DNA of 43,662 nucleotides from Rotaria socialis (Eukaryota): NCBI GenBank assembly GCA_905331295.1, contig CAJNYD010000435.1, positions 1 to 43,662 of the forward strand, read 5' to 3'. Shown piece by piece: positions 13,200 to 25,399 of this stretch (position 1 is its first letter; each line of letters starts with the position of its first letter). The notes under the pieces were generated by a model. It saw only the letters and a program-made list of their open reading frames with translations, ran no database searches and was not told where the DNA came from. The position numbers and the translations under genes were made by a program.

Positions 13200-16100
13200 A
13201 TCTTTTTTTATTTCATACGTTTTTATTTAAAAGAGCATGTACAACATCTTTTTGTCCATAGATTTCGCCTTGATATCATACTATAAATCATCACCCTTAC
13301 TGATTTATATTCTTCCAAATGTATTCTCTCGTTTTTATTTTTAGAAGAAAGACGGCTTAACATGATTCTGTACAAGTTTGGCTCCCTATCTAACTGTCTG
13401 ACATCTATATTCCTGCTGCCAACGTATTGATAGATAGCTGGATACAATTGCATTGTTTACTTTATTTCTCTTATGTTTAAAAACAATTATCAAGAAAATT
13501 TCTCATATCTTCACTTATCGTTTTGTGAAACACGACCTGAAAGGAGCGTTGAACTGTTTAGGGTAGAAATGTGGACCCCTCTCCCCTCCCTCCACAGACC
13601 GTTAGAGACAGATGCTGCCCTCGTTACAGACTGCTACAGACATCTTAATTAATTATCAAATTAATTAGTATTTAGTTAACTCATTAACCGTCGCAGGCCG
13701 TGACAGACAGGCTTTGAACCCATCGCAGACCGTGACAGAGAAACTGTAGTTTTAAAGCATCAGGTAAATGGTTAGCTACAAATGTATTGCAAAGAAATGG
13801 AACAAAACGATTTTCATTTAATTAGTAACAACAGACCCGTCGTGTTTCCCATTTTTAATCTCGCAAGGGATTGCGCTAACAGCTGTTTCTAATGAATCGC
13901 TTTTCTTTATTTAGATGGATTATTTTTCGTATGTCTAGCATACTGTTGAACATACTGAGAGGTAGGTATTGTTTGCATTATAGTTCTATTTTCTTTTTAT
14001 TTTGGAAAAATCCATCAACCATCTCTTATTTTATTCATGTATTTTTCATAATTAATCTTTTCGTTTTATTTACATGAAGATGGGAAACCACTGAAAATGC
14101 AACACCAGGTTTCTTTCTCGATTTATGATTTCTCCGCTATCTTTTCATATCTTGCATTTCTTAAATTGCTATCCTTGACTATTATAGTTCACATCGTCTA
14201 TATTTCAAATATTCATCAAAAACATCCTTCCTATATTTTTGTATTTTCATTTAGATGAAAAAACACAGCCACTGAAACTGTTGTCGACATTCGTTTCTGA
14301 ATTACATACTTCTCATCCATGTTGCTATGTGCATCATACTGATCATTAAATATCGCTATCATTTTCAGTTTGCATGAATTATATTTGCAAAATTTATTAT
14401 AAACCTTCTACATGTGCGACTTTAGTTTTTTGTCGTTCAGTTTTTGCTGTTTTGAATATGAAAGACAACTACAATTAAATTTTCGTAGTTTTTTCAGTTT
14501 CAAGCCTGTCGTTGTACATAGAGTTTCCTGCATAGAAAATGCTAATAGTGAAGTATCAATTTCATTTCGAAATTCACCATATAAATTTGGGTATTGTTCT
14601 TAAAAATTTGTGATAGATGTGATGAACTGGTATCTTCCAAAGGTTCTTCGTCATTTAGAGGATGCTGAGGAATATTTTTTGAATGATGCGTTCATTATCA
14701 TTTTCTAATTCTAGATTGTTCTCGGTTTAAGTACTAATTTTCAATATCTTTTGTGTATTGGCGGAAATGTATTCATCAGGTTCAAATTTTTGTGTGTAGT
14801 GAGTTGCTAGCTTTATTCTGTTTAGTTTAACAGTTCTCTGACCTTCTTGTCTTTGAATTCGCTGTAAGAAATCGTAGAATATCTGATAGGTGTGCCATGA
14901 GTTTTATTAGTCGTTTAGAAGATCATGCAGTGAGATCTGATGGAATCTCAAAGAATTCCGGCAAGACTTTGCAGTCATATTGATTGACGTCGACGTTCTA
15001 CGAGAATTCATTTCAAGGGGCCGTCTAAAATGATACTTTCAACTAACTCATTTTTTATCCGATTTAGCTATTTTATTTTGTTTGACTAACTAGTCCTAGA
15101 GGTTATTTATGACGATTTCTTTCAATGAATTTTAATTTCTTTTTTGTTTTTGTTTTTGACATGATAAATTCCTTTTCATGAATAGAATAATGTTAAATAT
15201 TTGCAGCTTTCGTCCGTACACAACGATTTCTGATCTGATTTTTTGAATTACCGAATGAGACTTTTCTAATTATGCAGTTTCAAACGTCGAGCTAATAACA
15301 GGTACGAGTTTCTGTCGAACTTCTGTAAGTGTCACATCTGTCAGTTAATGACCCTGCAGCATCACACATAACCAGGGTAAGACTAATGTTGCCTTGAAAA
15401 CTATTAATTACTTTTGCATATATCTTTCATAAGTGTGCACTTATCATTGACGAATGCAAGAAACTCTTCTCTGCAGTTCTTCAACTGTCTTCAGAAGCCA
15501 TTAACTTTGATCTTGAATAGCTCTGTATACCTTATCACGCAGCATGCAGTCGACAATTACGGCTAATAATTTGACCACATGAGATGGGAACCGGTAAAAA
15601 TCCGACGGGTTGCCACGATTTTCCCGGTCCGATTACCGGATCCCATCACTGAAATTCACGGCGATTTACCGCTATTTTGTCCGGTTAACCAAGGTTAACT
15701 GGTAAAATTTTCGGTTAACCGGATAACCCTAAATTTTTCAAAAAAAGTCCCTTTAAAGCATCTATTTCTCAATTTGAAACATCTGGTCCACACATCTTCC
15801 CATATGATAAAAATCAGCAAAAGAAGCATCGGTTTACTGCAGTTTTCTCGATCCGGTTACTGGCTGCCATTACTATAGTTTACGCGGTATACTGCTGTTT
15901 ACCGCTAAAAATGATCCGGTATTTGCGATATGGGACAGGGTCCAACGGCAGATGTTTAGAAATGCTTCTAATAACTAAAAGTACCAGACAAAATCATGAA
16001 CTTCCACGAGGAATTCACAACTACCACTCAAAAACTATAGATATCCTCTTCAGTTACTCCAATCTGATGTTTATCAGATCAATTTCCAGTCACTGTCTAA

Positions 16101-17144
16101 ATTTCTGGGATTTTTCTACATTAAGTTTATATCTTAGTCAAGTCATATCCAATACAATATTTGAAATCAAGATGAAAACGTTCGCGGAACAGAAGAGTTG
16201 TAAAAATCTTACCGACAATACCTAGAAATTGATTTGAGGCGCATCCGAGTAGATTCGCTGAAGAAAATATCTGTAGAGTTTAAGTGTTACATCTTCGTTC
16301 CTTGCGAAATAGCATGATTGCAGTTAGTACTTTTAGATATTGAAAGAATTTCTAAACCTTTGTCTTTGTAAAACTGTCTGAATAAATCCTATCATAAGCC
16401 GCAGCAACAATTGATGAAGTCAATAATTCCCGTAATTGATCATATCATAAACTCTTTTGGCCATTCATGATGCTCATAAATATTTCCAAGTATACTTTCT
16501 AAGCCAACGTTTATGATGATCATTAATCACTTTTAGGGGTTTATAAAAATGCAATGCAGCAAACTCTTTAAGTCTTTATGAACCATATCAACCCGTACGT
16601 AGACCTTTTAGGGTCAGTATTTGAGATTCATAAATCAAGCATTAGGTCATTTTTAAAGAGTTAATGGAAGTTTTTGTGATCTTCTAATAAACCCTTGAAA
16701 GAGTTCTTTGTGCATTGCATTTTCATAAACCCTTAGAACTTTTTTAATTTGTATGTTTTTCGACAGCGTAGTTTGATTTTTCGATGAAGTTAAACTTCTA
16801 TTCACACCAAAAGCACATACAGAGAGAGAATTTTTGGAGTTTGGATACTTAGCGATGCTTCACAATATGTAATAATGAAGGTTGTCTAAGGTCGATATTA
16901 GCGGCGATTCACCATCATTCTAAAGTTTATCTCTCTCCCTTCTTTCTCTTTCTTCTTTCACGTTTTCTATGGCTGTTGTAATTTCTTCTGTATTCTCTTC
17001 TCTTTCATGTGTCACATATATATTTACGTAGTGTTTTAAGGATATCAAAGAGAGAATCAGAAATAAAATGAAGTAAACTAATTTAAGCTCGTCAAGATGA
17101 GCTAACAACGAGTGTCTCGTAGGACGAGTACTTACAAAAGTGAG
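13200..17144 (-). pseudogene. Decayed multi-exon gene segment of unknown family, continuing in phase from the 506-aa gene
   Basis: Phase-consistent exons 17167-17136, 16919-16849 (NDGESPLISTLDNLHYYIL*SIAK), 16797-16358 (interrupted by a MITE; ..RWLRKYTWKYL*AS*MAKRVYDMINYGNY*LHQLLLRLMIGFIQ), 16300-16213 (NEDVTLKLYRYFLQRIYSDAPQINF*VLS). Further coding-like remnants at ~14700-15000 and ~15300-15580. Left boundary is approximate. Confidence 0.6.
16532..16737. mobile_element. MITE inserted in a pseudo-exon
   Basis: Inverted ends TTTAGGGGTTTATAAAAATGCAATGCA / TGCATTGCATTTTCATAAACCCTTAGA, flanked by ACT on both sides. Removing it with one ACT restores the minus-strand frame. Confidence 0.75.
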
Positions 17145-18792
17145 CTACCTAATAGGTTCTATTGCCACTAAATTAATTAAGAAAAGAGTCCGAATGCAAT
17201 AGAGCTCTATTGATGAATGAAGCATTTGAAACATTCGATTGTTTTATTTTCAATACTATTGAGGGAACTATACACTGCCTTATATGTATCTTACCACAAT
17301 CTTGACGAATTGCTTCTTGTTTTGCCTTTTCTATTTGGGATTCATCCAAAATGTCGGCATCAGTTTTTGTTAATAATCGACCTTTGATTGATGTCGTGGC
17401 AATTTGGTGGTGCCATCGTTCTAATGAAATTGTAAATCCTTTCGATATTTGGTTTCGATGAATGATTGAGGCTTCGATATCTTTCGCTAATCGTATCTGA
17501 CCTTGGACTTGTCTGCTGGTTGAATTAGAACTTGCATTTTTATCATCCCTTTCTTTCAATTGAGAAGATGATTCAGAAAATTTTTCATGATCTGTGGAAG
17601 CCGAATTGTCCGCATTATCGAAATTTGAACTGGCTGAGTGTGAACTGCTCGTACTCTTTTCTCCACTAAGATCAAGGCTAAAGCCTCCATATCCGATCTT
17701 GCCGCCTCCTTTTTTACTTTCACTATTCGAAGAGCTAGATGATTGACCTCCAGCGCGGCGAGTCTCATTATTTTTCTCATGTAACGTATCTGACGAATCA
17801 GATGACGACTCCTTGTCCAAAGTATACTTATCTGATTGTGAGCTGTTTGCATCGCTTGCCGATGTTGAAGTAATTATGTTTGCCTTTAAGTCGTCAGTGA
17901 TTTCTGTGTCGTTGGCTTCAAGTTTTTTTAAATCTTCGATGTTAAATTTTTGGAAACCAGTCGTAGACATAGCATTCGCGATTTCCTGTTTAATTATGTC
18001 ATGTCCAAACGATGAACCACCAACTCCAATATCTTCGACCACTTTTAATTTGGCTACAATGCTTCCTGTTACTTGATCCATAAATGAACGACTTACTACC
18101 ATGCTCTGAGCTTTGCTACTACCAAATATTTGTTTTTCCAAATCGATTCGACTCAATTCTTCAGCACTAACAGTTAAAGAAGCGCGAGCTGTTGATGTTC
18201 CACTCAGACTGTAGTCGTACTGTAATATAATATCGTTGTCTTTTGGATAGTCGAGCTTTGCAGCGATTTCTGCCAATTCGTTTTTATCTTTAATATTAAA
18301 AATGATTCGCATTGGATGCAATTCCGTATTATCGCTCAATGTTCCATAGAATGTTTTCATTTGACCATTAATGTTGATTGCTAATTGGGCAATAAATGTT
18401 TGAAATGGACAAATCACAAAGTTTTCAGAAGTGAATTCTAATCCATAAATTTCTTCAGCACGTTTGGCCAATAACTGTTTGTGGGACTCATCCAAAAGGC
18501 ATTCAAGTGTTATTTCGAGTTCGTGCATGTCTGGTCGTGATTCGTAAATTGAATTGGTCTCGACATTGACATGAAATCGTATTATTCCAGCTGTGTACCA
18601 TCGGCATTTTTTTATTGCTTTTGGATCTGGTGTTACCGTTCCATCAGCGTACATATTTGTTGTCTTTCTTGTTATCGGTGTTGGATATGCGATGACTTGA
18701 TAGGTGCGAGTTGTTTTGCCACGTTTAATGGTGATTGGATGGCTTAACTCTGCTCCATCGAGAATTAAATCTTGCGTACTACCACTCGTCAT
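17145..18792 (-). CDS. Uncharacterised ~506-aa protein with a long Ser/Gly-rich insert
   Basis: Uninterrupted ORF from ATG 18792. Probable donor TGTG|GTAAG after 17295 and acceptor before 17167 give the C-terminus ..QDCVAIEPIR* (stop 17147-17145); the unspliced reading gives 539 aa ending at 17173. Candidate 5'UTR intron 18880-18807 (GTGAG...ACAG). Confidence 0.8.
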
Positions 18793-19762
18793 TATTTGGA
18801 TTGTTCCTGTATAAAACAGACAATATATAACAATAGGGCTTGCTTATACAGCCCCATTGGCGCTCAAATGTGAAACTCACGTCTGCTCTTTAATCTTTGT
18901 TTTTTTTATACGGCTATGAAATACATAGAGTAAACAATCCCTCGTCCACTCTATTTGTTTTTCAAAATAGTTGATTGCCAGGGGCGTATTCTTTCTTATC
19001 TGTTGTTGCATACCGAACAGAAAGTTTTTCTTTATTTTTTGGGTGTGAGTACAACTGAAGGCCTGTGCAAGTTTCGCCATAAATAACTTTTCTTTAGTTA
19101 CACTACGCGCCCATGCAAATTGCTATTTTCGACCTTTTTTTATTTCGACATTATTCAGAGTAAGCAACGTGCCTTTGAAATTATGGCTCACCAATAAGTC
19201 ATGAAAAGGGCTTTGATGAACTATATATTTCCAAAAATAGAATAGAGTTATTCTATTTAAAAAAAATGTGTATTAGAATTAAGACTAGTTCTAACTTAAT
19301 TCTAATGACAATAATGCTCATGAAAAAGGCGGAATGGCTAATGTTAATTCTGATCTAACAACATTAGCATGGACGGATGAACCAAACGTTCACGAGACTG
19401 GTCTTTGGAAAAACGCTTTTCCTGATCAACCAAGAAATTCTAGATAATCTGTTTTGCTATGATGGAATAAGAAAAGAAATATCAGTGGTGAAGATATTCA
19501 AGAGAAGGACATATTGGGGAAAGTTGAAAGTATGCCATTATACTTTAGGCACTGCTATTACAACTTTGAACACTTTCAGACGTGCACTCCATATTTCGAT
19601 AATAAAAGGTTCCATACGATCCAGAATCAAAGAATGTACTAAAATGTAGACTCGGAAGAGACAATAGCGAGCTTTTGTTCAAAGGTTTCAAAAACATGAT
19701 GAACTTTGACTCAACCAATCTACAGTAAAACTGTTTTCATATAACATTCGATAAGACACGAT

Positions 19763-21435
19763 TATGGGTGGGAAGTTACCGCTACGTTTCCGGATAACTG
19801 GTAATGGTAACTTTCCGGTAACGTTCCCGTTCCCGTTCCCGGGAACCGTCTTGGAACGGTAACTTCCCACCCCAGCTTGGGCCAATGCCACCCCCTCCCT
19901 CTCGATTGAGCTTGATGGCCAGAGGGCTCGCCGCAAAATTTACAGAGGTTGGGCCCACGTGAAGGCGGCGCTTTTTACCATACTTGGGTCAAGGCCCTCT
20001 CCCTCTCAATTGAACCTGGTGGCGCGAGGGCTTCTCGCAAAATTTGCATAAGTTGGGGCCACGGTACCACCTAATGGTTACACTGGTAGGGCTGATTGTA
20101 CCCCGCCAGTAGACCCCTTGATGAGGCAAAGGGGTCTGCTAATACTAGCATATAGGGACCAAGCTGTGTCTCCATAGAGGGTCTTGCCCACAGCAGGGTA
20201 CTCCCCTATAGTACGAGTTGTGGATTCAAGGGTACCCGCTACTGGTAGGACTTGAGCACTCAAGGTTACTCCCCTCCCCCCCCCGNCCACACTTATGGCA
20301 ACACCCACACTAACATCCACACCCACACTTATGCCAACACCCACAGCATGCAATTCCGGTACGGAATTCCGGGAATTAGGTCGAACAGGAATTGAACGGA
20401 ATTGAACGGAATTACACGGAATTCCTAGGAACTCCGTCTAATTCCCAGCGATTCCGAATTGACCTAATTGCGGAATTCCGGACCGGAATCGGATCATCAC
20501 GAAACGGGTAAGACAAGCTAGAATAGTGATACAAGTTGTAACTCCTAGGAATTTCCAGTGACTCCGCTTTCATCTAATTCCGGAATTGGGCTGAATTCCG
20601 TGAAGTCCCGAGAATCGGACGAACAAATTCCAGAATCGGACGAAGCAGTTCCAGAATCGGACGAAGCAGTTCCGGAATCGGACGAAGCAATTCCGGAATC
20701 GGGTGAAGCAACTCCGGAATCGGGTGAAGCAATTCCGGAATCGGAGGAGCTAATGCCGGTATCGGACGAACCAGTTCCGGAATCGGACAGTGTTCATATG
20801 TGACCTAATTCCGGAATCGACGGAACTGATTCCGGCGGCGGAACTGGTTTCGGAATGTTCAACATTGTGGAATTGGATGACTGCTCCCCATTGTAGGACT
20901 TGAAGACCCAACGATACCCCCCAATAGTAGGACTTGAGGATCCATGGGTTGCCCCCATAGTAAGACTTAAAGACGGAGAGACTGAAACGATAAATGCGGA
21001 GAGCGTCCAAATTCCACGCGGGAGTGTAACGCTCCCGTTCAAGTGTGGCCTGTGCATGGTACTTGGCCTTAAGGTGCCATTTATTCTCATCACATATATT
21101 GTCTTTATCTTTCTGCCCTTGATATTTGTCTTTATCTCTCATTCTCCTTCGTTCTCTCAAATGGTTGAGTATTTAACCGTGTTTTATATGTAATCGGCAC
21201 GATTTTATGATTTGAAGAGTAAAATAAAATGTATTACCATCAACATGGGCATCTCTTCTATCTAAAATCGTTACAGGCACGTGGTTGGCGACGGTAGACG
21301 CTTCCCTGGCCGTTTCCCCGTTCTTAGATAACTGGTAACTTTCCGTCACCAGTTACACGGGTAACGGTAACTTTCCGGTAGCATTACGTTACCGTTACCG
21401 GGTAACGGTCTGGGAACGGTAACTTCCTACTCCTA
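19763..21435. mobile_element. hAT-type non-autonomous element with perfect 8-bp TSD and GC-rich composite interior
   Basis: TSD GACACGAT at 19755-19762 and 21436-21443. TIR TATGGGTGGGAAGTTACC / GGTAACTTCCTACTCCTA. Subterminal GGTAAC/GTTACC repeats. Confidence 0.85.
20350..20880. repeat. GGAATT/CCGGAAT-rich repeat element including a 21-bp tandem array
   Basis: About 8 copies of CCGGAATCGGACGAAGCAATT at ~20608-20790. The right part CGGAATGTTCAACATTG(T/C)GGAAT recurs at ~25530-25555. Confidence 0.8.
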
Positions 21436-21720
21436 GACACGATATCACAAGATCAATATTGGTTTTTATACTTACAGGGCAAAGAATCCAATTGATCAAT
21501 GAAAATATTGTTTAGAATAGTGGAAATAAAGCAACCGTGAGTGTAGATAAATGTTTACTATCTTCAATAATAACAAAAAAATAAAAAAAGCTTCTCTAAA
21601 ATCTTGAATAATCGTTGATCTAATATATCTTATACTGTCGATTTCGAGGCAGGTTAGAATAAAGATGACATTCGTTGTAGATAACCGATGAAAAACAAGA
21701 CCAGTATCAATACTTGAAAA

Positions 21721-21881
21721 CGGAGCCCGGAATTTCGGCCCAAGGAATTTTCGGGCCGGACTTTCGGTCCAGTATGAAATGAAGATGAGGATGAGAATGA
21801 CCCAGTTTTATGATAAAAAAGATTTCGTTTGAGGCCGAAAGTCCGGCCCGAAAATTCATTGGGCCGAAATTCATGTAACCC
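21721..21881. mobile_element. Short foldback MITE with 8-bp TSD
   Basis: TSD CTTGAAAA at 21713-21720 and 21882-21889. Arms GAATTTCGGCCCAAGGAATTTTCGGGCCGGACTTTCGG and its near-perfect reverse complement. Confidence 0.8.
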
Positions 21882-21989
21882 CTTGAAAAAGATAATTTCT
21901 TTCTCAATCTGATGAGTATGAATCAAATGGAAAAGAAGAGTAATCTTATTCGTCTTTGACTCTATATTGAATATGCTTTGAATCACACT

Positions 21990-22712
21990 CCCCAGGTCGG
22001 AAAGTACGGATTGAATTCCACAGCACGACAACGGAAATCGACGAAATATGAAAATAGTAGTTCGGTGAACGAATCCAATGACCTGATTTATTCGGCTCCA
22101 ACCGGAACCTGTCAAAACCGGCAGCCGGATACGGTCATCAGATTCTTGCATCGAATTTTGTGACACTTTCCGGCGGGTTTCAGTCGGAATTGGTGTCTTT
22201 CCTGAGGGTTCCCACGGAAGATTCACGGAATAGTGCTTGAGGAATCATCGGCAGGGGTCATTGGGTTTTATTATGCGAGTCTGATACAAATCTAATTGTA
22301 GTAGATATCTTCAACTCATGAAAAATTAGTGAACACCTGACACTGATTATAAGCGAAGTTGAGAAGTACCGATGGGGTCCCACACGATAAGGCTATTTGC
22401 CCGCGTCGTTCCTGCCCATTCCTGCAGTATCCGGCGGTCAAAACGATCGACCTCGGAACATTTACTCGAAAGCGAGAGTAACTAAAAGTAATTTTATTCA
22501 GAACGAGAATTCCGACCTCCGGATGCTGCAGGAAAAGACCGTAAATTGCTAGAATCTTGAAGCAGCGTTCTGATCGAAAACTGTCCGGATTTTTCCGGTG
22601 GATTCCTGCCAACTTTCTGTGCTTTCTGGCAGGAACCGACTGGGGAATCGTAAGAAAGTTTCATACCGGAATACTGCTTTCACGAAATCGAGGAAATGTT
22701 CTACCTGGGTAG
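21990..22712. mobile_element. CCCAGG...CCTGGG family MITE or cluster of such MITEs
   Basis: Starts CCCCAGGTCG, ends ACCTGGGTAG, with CCGGA/GGAAT-rich degenerate internal repeats. Confidence 0.45.
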
Positions 22713-22951
22713 TATATGACTAATCGTAACACAGTTTCAAGTATATGGAGTGCATGCTTTTCAAGAACTCAATAAAGTAGGGGTGCAATAGTTCAGCTCT
22801 AGTTCTGAGCGTAGGAGCTGTTCGAAAGTTCATTTCGGTATGAGCTGATTGTTTTGAGCAGCTCCTTTCAAAAGAGCTGATCTGATCGAACACCTCTCTC
22901 TCTCTAAAGAACTGATTGGCATTAAGCCAAAAATACTATCCAAATCTGTTC

Positions 22952-23458
22952 NNNNNNNNNNNNNNNNNNNNNNNNNNNNNNNNNNNNNNNNNNNNNNNNN
23001 NNNNNNNNNNNNNNNNNNNNNNNNNNNNNNNNNNNNNNNNNNNNNNNNNNNNNNNNNNNNNNNNNNNNNNNNNNNNNNNNNNNNNNNNNNNNNNNNNNNN
23101 NNNNNNNNNNNNNNNNNNNNNNNNNNNNNNNNNNNNNNNNNNNNNNNNNNNNNNNNNNNNNNNNNNNNNNNNNNNNNNNNNNNNNNNNNNNNNNNNNNNN
23201 NNNNNNNNNNNNNNNNNNNNNNNNNNNNNNNNNNNNNNNNNNNNNNNNNNNNNNNNNNNNNNNNNNNNNNNNNNNNNNNNNNNNNNNNNNNNNNNNNNNN
23301 NNNNNNNNNNNNNNNNNNNNNNNNNNNNNNNNNNNNNNNNNNNNNNNNNNNNNNNNNNNNNNNNNNNNNNNNNNNNNNNNNNNNNNNNNNNNNNNNNNNN
23401 NNNNNNNNNNNNNNNNNNNNNNNNNNNNNNNNNNNNNNNNNNNNNNNNNNNNNNNNNN
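22952..23458. other. Assembly gap
   Basis: Run of N. Confidence 1.
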
Positions 23459-23543
23459 TTTAAAAATAAATATAAAATAATTCTCCTCAGTGACAGAAGA
23501 CATTTCTTGTCAATATTCATACAATTATCTATTCAAAAAAGTG

Positions 23544-25107
23544 ATGAGTACACACACAATTAAAAAATTTACAAGTGAAAAGGGGAACGCTATGCCTAGT
23601 TATGAAGGTTATATTTATACTTTAGAACGAAAAAATGATGCTAAATTGATTTTTCTTTGTCCGAACAGAGATTGCAAAGGTAAAAAAAACTAGTTAATTA
23701 TTTGTACTTTTTTTTGTCTTCTTTTAGGTCGTTGTCATACCAATCCGACTATGGATGTAATTGTTTCTGCACCTACTGAACACTGCCACGCGCCAAAACC
23801 AGATCTGGTTCCAGTACTGGAACTTAAAAATAAAATAAAATCACGAGCTGCTGAAACAGAAGAATCATCAAGCACAGTTTTACATTCTGCAATGAGATCT
23901 TTTCCTTTAGATGCCGCCGGTCAACTACTTCAAAGTGAAACACTTTTGAGAACTATTCGCCGACAACATCAAGGACCCCCAATGAATTCCAACAATCAAC
24001 TATCTGATCATTTAAAACAAATAGACCGTGGAGAGAACTTCGTACTTCACGAAGATGAAAAATTGATCATTTTACCACCGCGACGAAGCTTTCAGTATTG
24101 AAAACGGGTAAACATTGGTTTGTCGATGGAACATTTAAGGTAAAATAAAAGAAACGACTTTCATTCACTCATTAAACGTCTATTTTAGGTGTGTCCAGAA
24201 GATTTCAATCAAATGTTTACGTTACATGAATTGTTCAAATCAAAAATTATTCCATTGGTTTATGGCTTACTCGTAGAAAAAAAAACGGACTGCGATCATT
24301 TTTTTCAACGTATCATGAACGAAGATGATTTCAATCCAGAAACAACACTGAGCGATTTCGAAGCGGCGACAATAAAATCGATCAATTCATTGTTTTCAAA
24401 CATTCTTCACAAAGGTAGTATGACTAATTGCTTCACAATAATCATCTAATTATGTCTTAATTGATTTTTCTAGGCTGTTTGTTTCATTTTGGTCAGTGTA
24501 TTTGGCGTCAAATTCAAAGTCTTGAATTACAAAAGAAATATCAAGAGGATGAGCCGTTCCATTTGAACATTAAAAACATAATTGCTTTAGCGTTTGTTCC
24601 TGTTTTAGATGCCATCAAAGCGTTTAATCTGATTGCCGACGATTTCGAAGATGAAGTCGACGATTTTCTTGGTTATTTTGAAAAAATATGGATAGGAAAG
24701 CCAGAGAAGAGAGGTAAATTGATTGGCTAATCATTTTTTAATATTTAATTTCGATTTTAGGTACTAGTAAAAAAAAACCGCTATTTCCAATAGAAATATG
24801 GAATGTTTACGATCGAGCAGTTGCCAATCTTCCACGCTCAAATAAGTCAATTGAAGGATGGCACAATGCATTTGAGAAACGTGTGGCAATAGTACATCCA
24901 ACCATTACCAAATTAACCGAGAAGATTCGTCGAGAACAATCCAAATTCGAAGTCGACATCGCACAAATTCGTCAAGGACAAGAACCAAAGCCGAAGAAAC
25001 TCAAATATCGAAAACTTGACGAAAGAATCAAACGACTGGTCGATGATTATGAAAATGTTGATCTTGGTGAGTATTTGAAAGGGCTAGCTGTAAATATGTC
25101 GTTGTAA
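23544..25107 (+). pseudogene. MULE (Mutator-like) transposase with FLYWCH-like N-terminus, 5 exons, frameshifted
   Basis: Exons 23544-23679, 23728-24139, 24189-24414, 24474-24713, 24761-25107. Motifs YEGYIY..C..C..HCH, WFVDGTFK, LSDFE, GCLFHFGQ, SIEGWHN. A 1-nt deletion near 24070 relative to copy 2 shifts the frame. Confidence 0.88.
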
Positions 25108-25299
25108 ATATTTTTGTATTTGTTTTCTTGTAATTGTGTATTTTTGTTTGTCAAATTTGTTTTTCAATAAATTTTTTCTCTTAATAAAATTTCTCCCTCA
25201 ATTAAATGTTTCTATTTTATGTTTCAATTTAAATTGCTATATTGTATCAATTATTCTACATTCTCATTAGTCTCCCTTAATTAAATTAGAATAAGTGTG

Positions 25300-25399
25300 T
25301 ATGCGACGAATTGTCCGTGCGAAATATTTTTCTTGCAACGAATTGTCCGCGACGAATTGTCTGCGACGAATTGCTCATGCGACGAATTGTCCAGTCACC
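25300..25399. repeat. Probable right TIR of MULE copy 1 with tandem GCGACGAATTGTC units
   Basis: About five GCGACGAATTG(T/C) units ending CCAGTCACC downstream of the transposase. The left TIR would lie in the gap. Confidence 0.65.

Noticed and set aside
16213..17167. Stop-codon recoding (TGA as Sec/Trp) in the downstream exons
   Set aside because: Both TGA and TAG occur, a MITE interrupts an exon, and neighbouring intact genes read in the standard code. Decay is the simpler explanation.
17556..18076. Overlapping ORFs 17556-17852 (-) and 17813-18076 (+)
   Set aside because: Alternative-frame or antisense shadows of the 506-aa gene.
20558..20803. ORF with (PESDEAI)n repeats, or a possible CRISPR-like array
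   Set aside because: It is a head-to-tail 21-bp tandem repeat without unique spacers inside a transposon. The ORF starts at GTG and is a by-product of the repeat.
22916..23563. Long ORFs in the ORF track
   Set aside because: Artefacts of translating the N gap.
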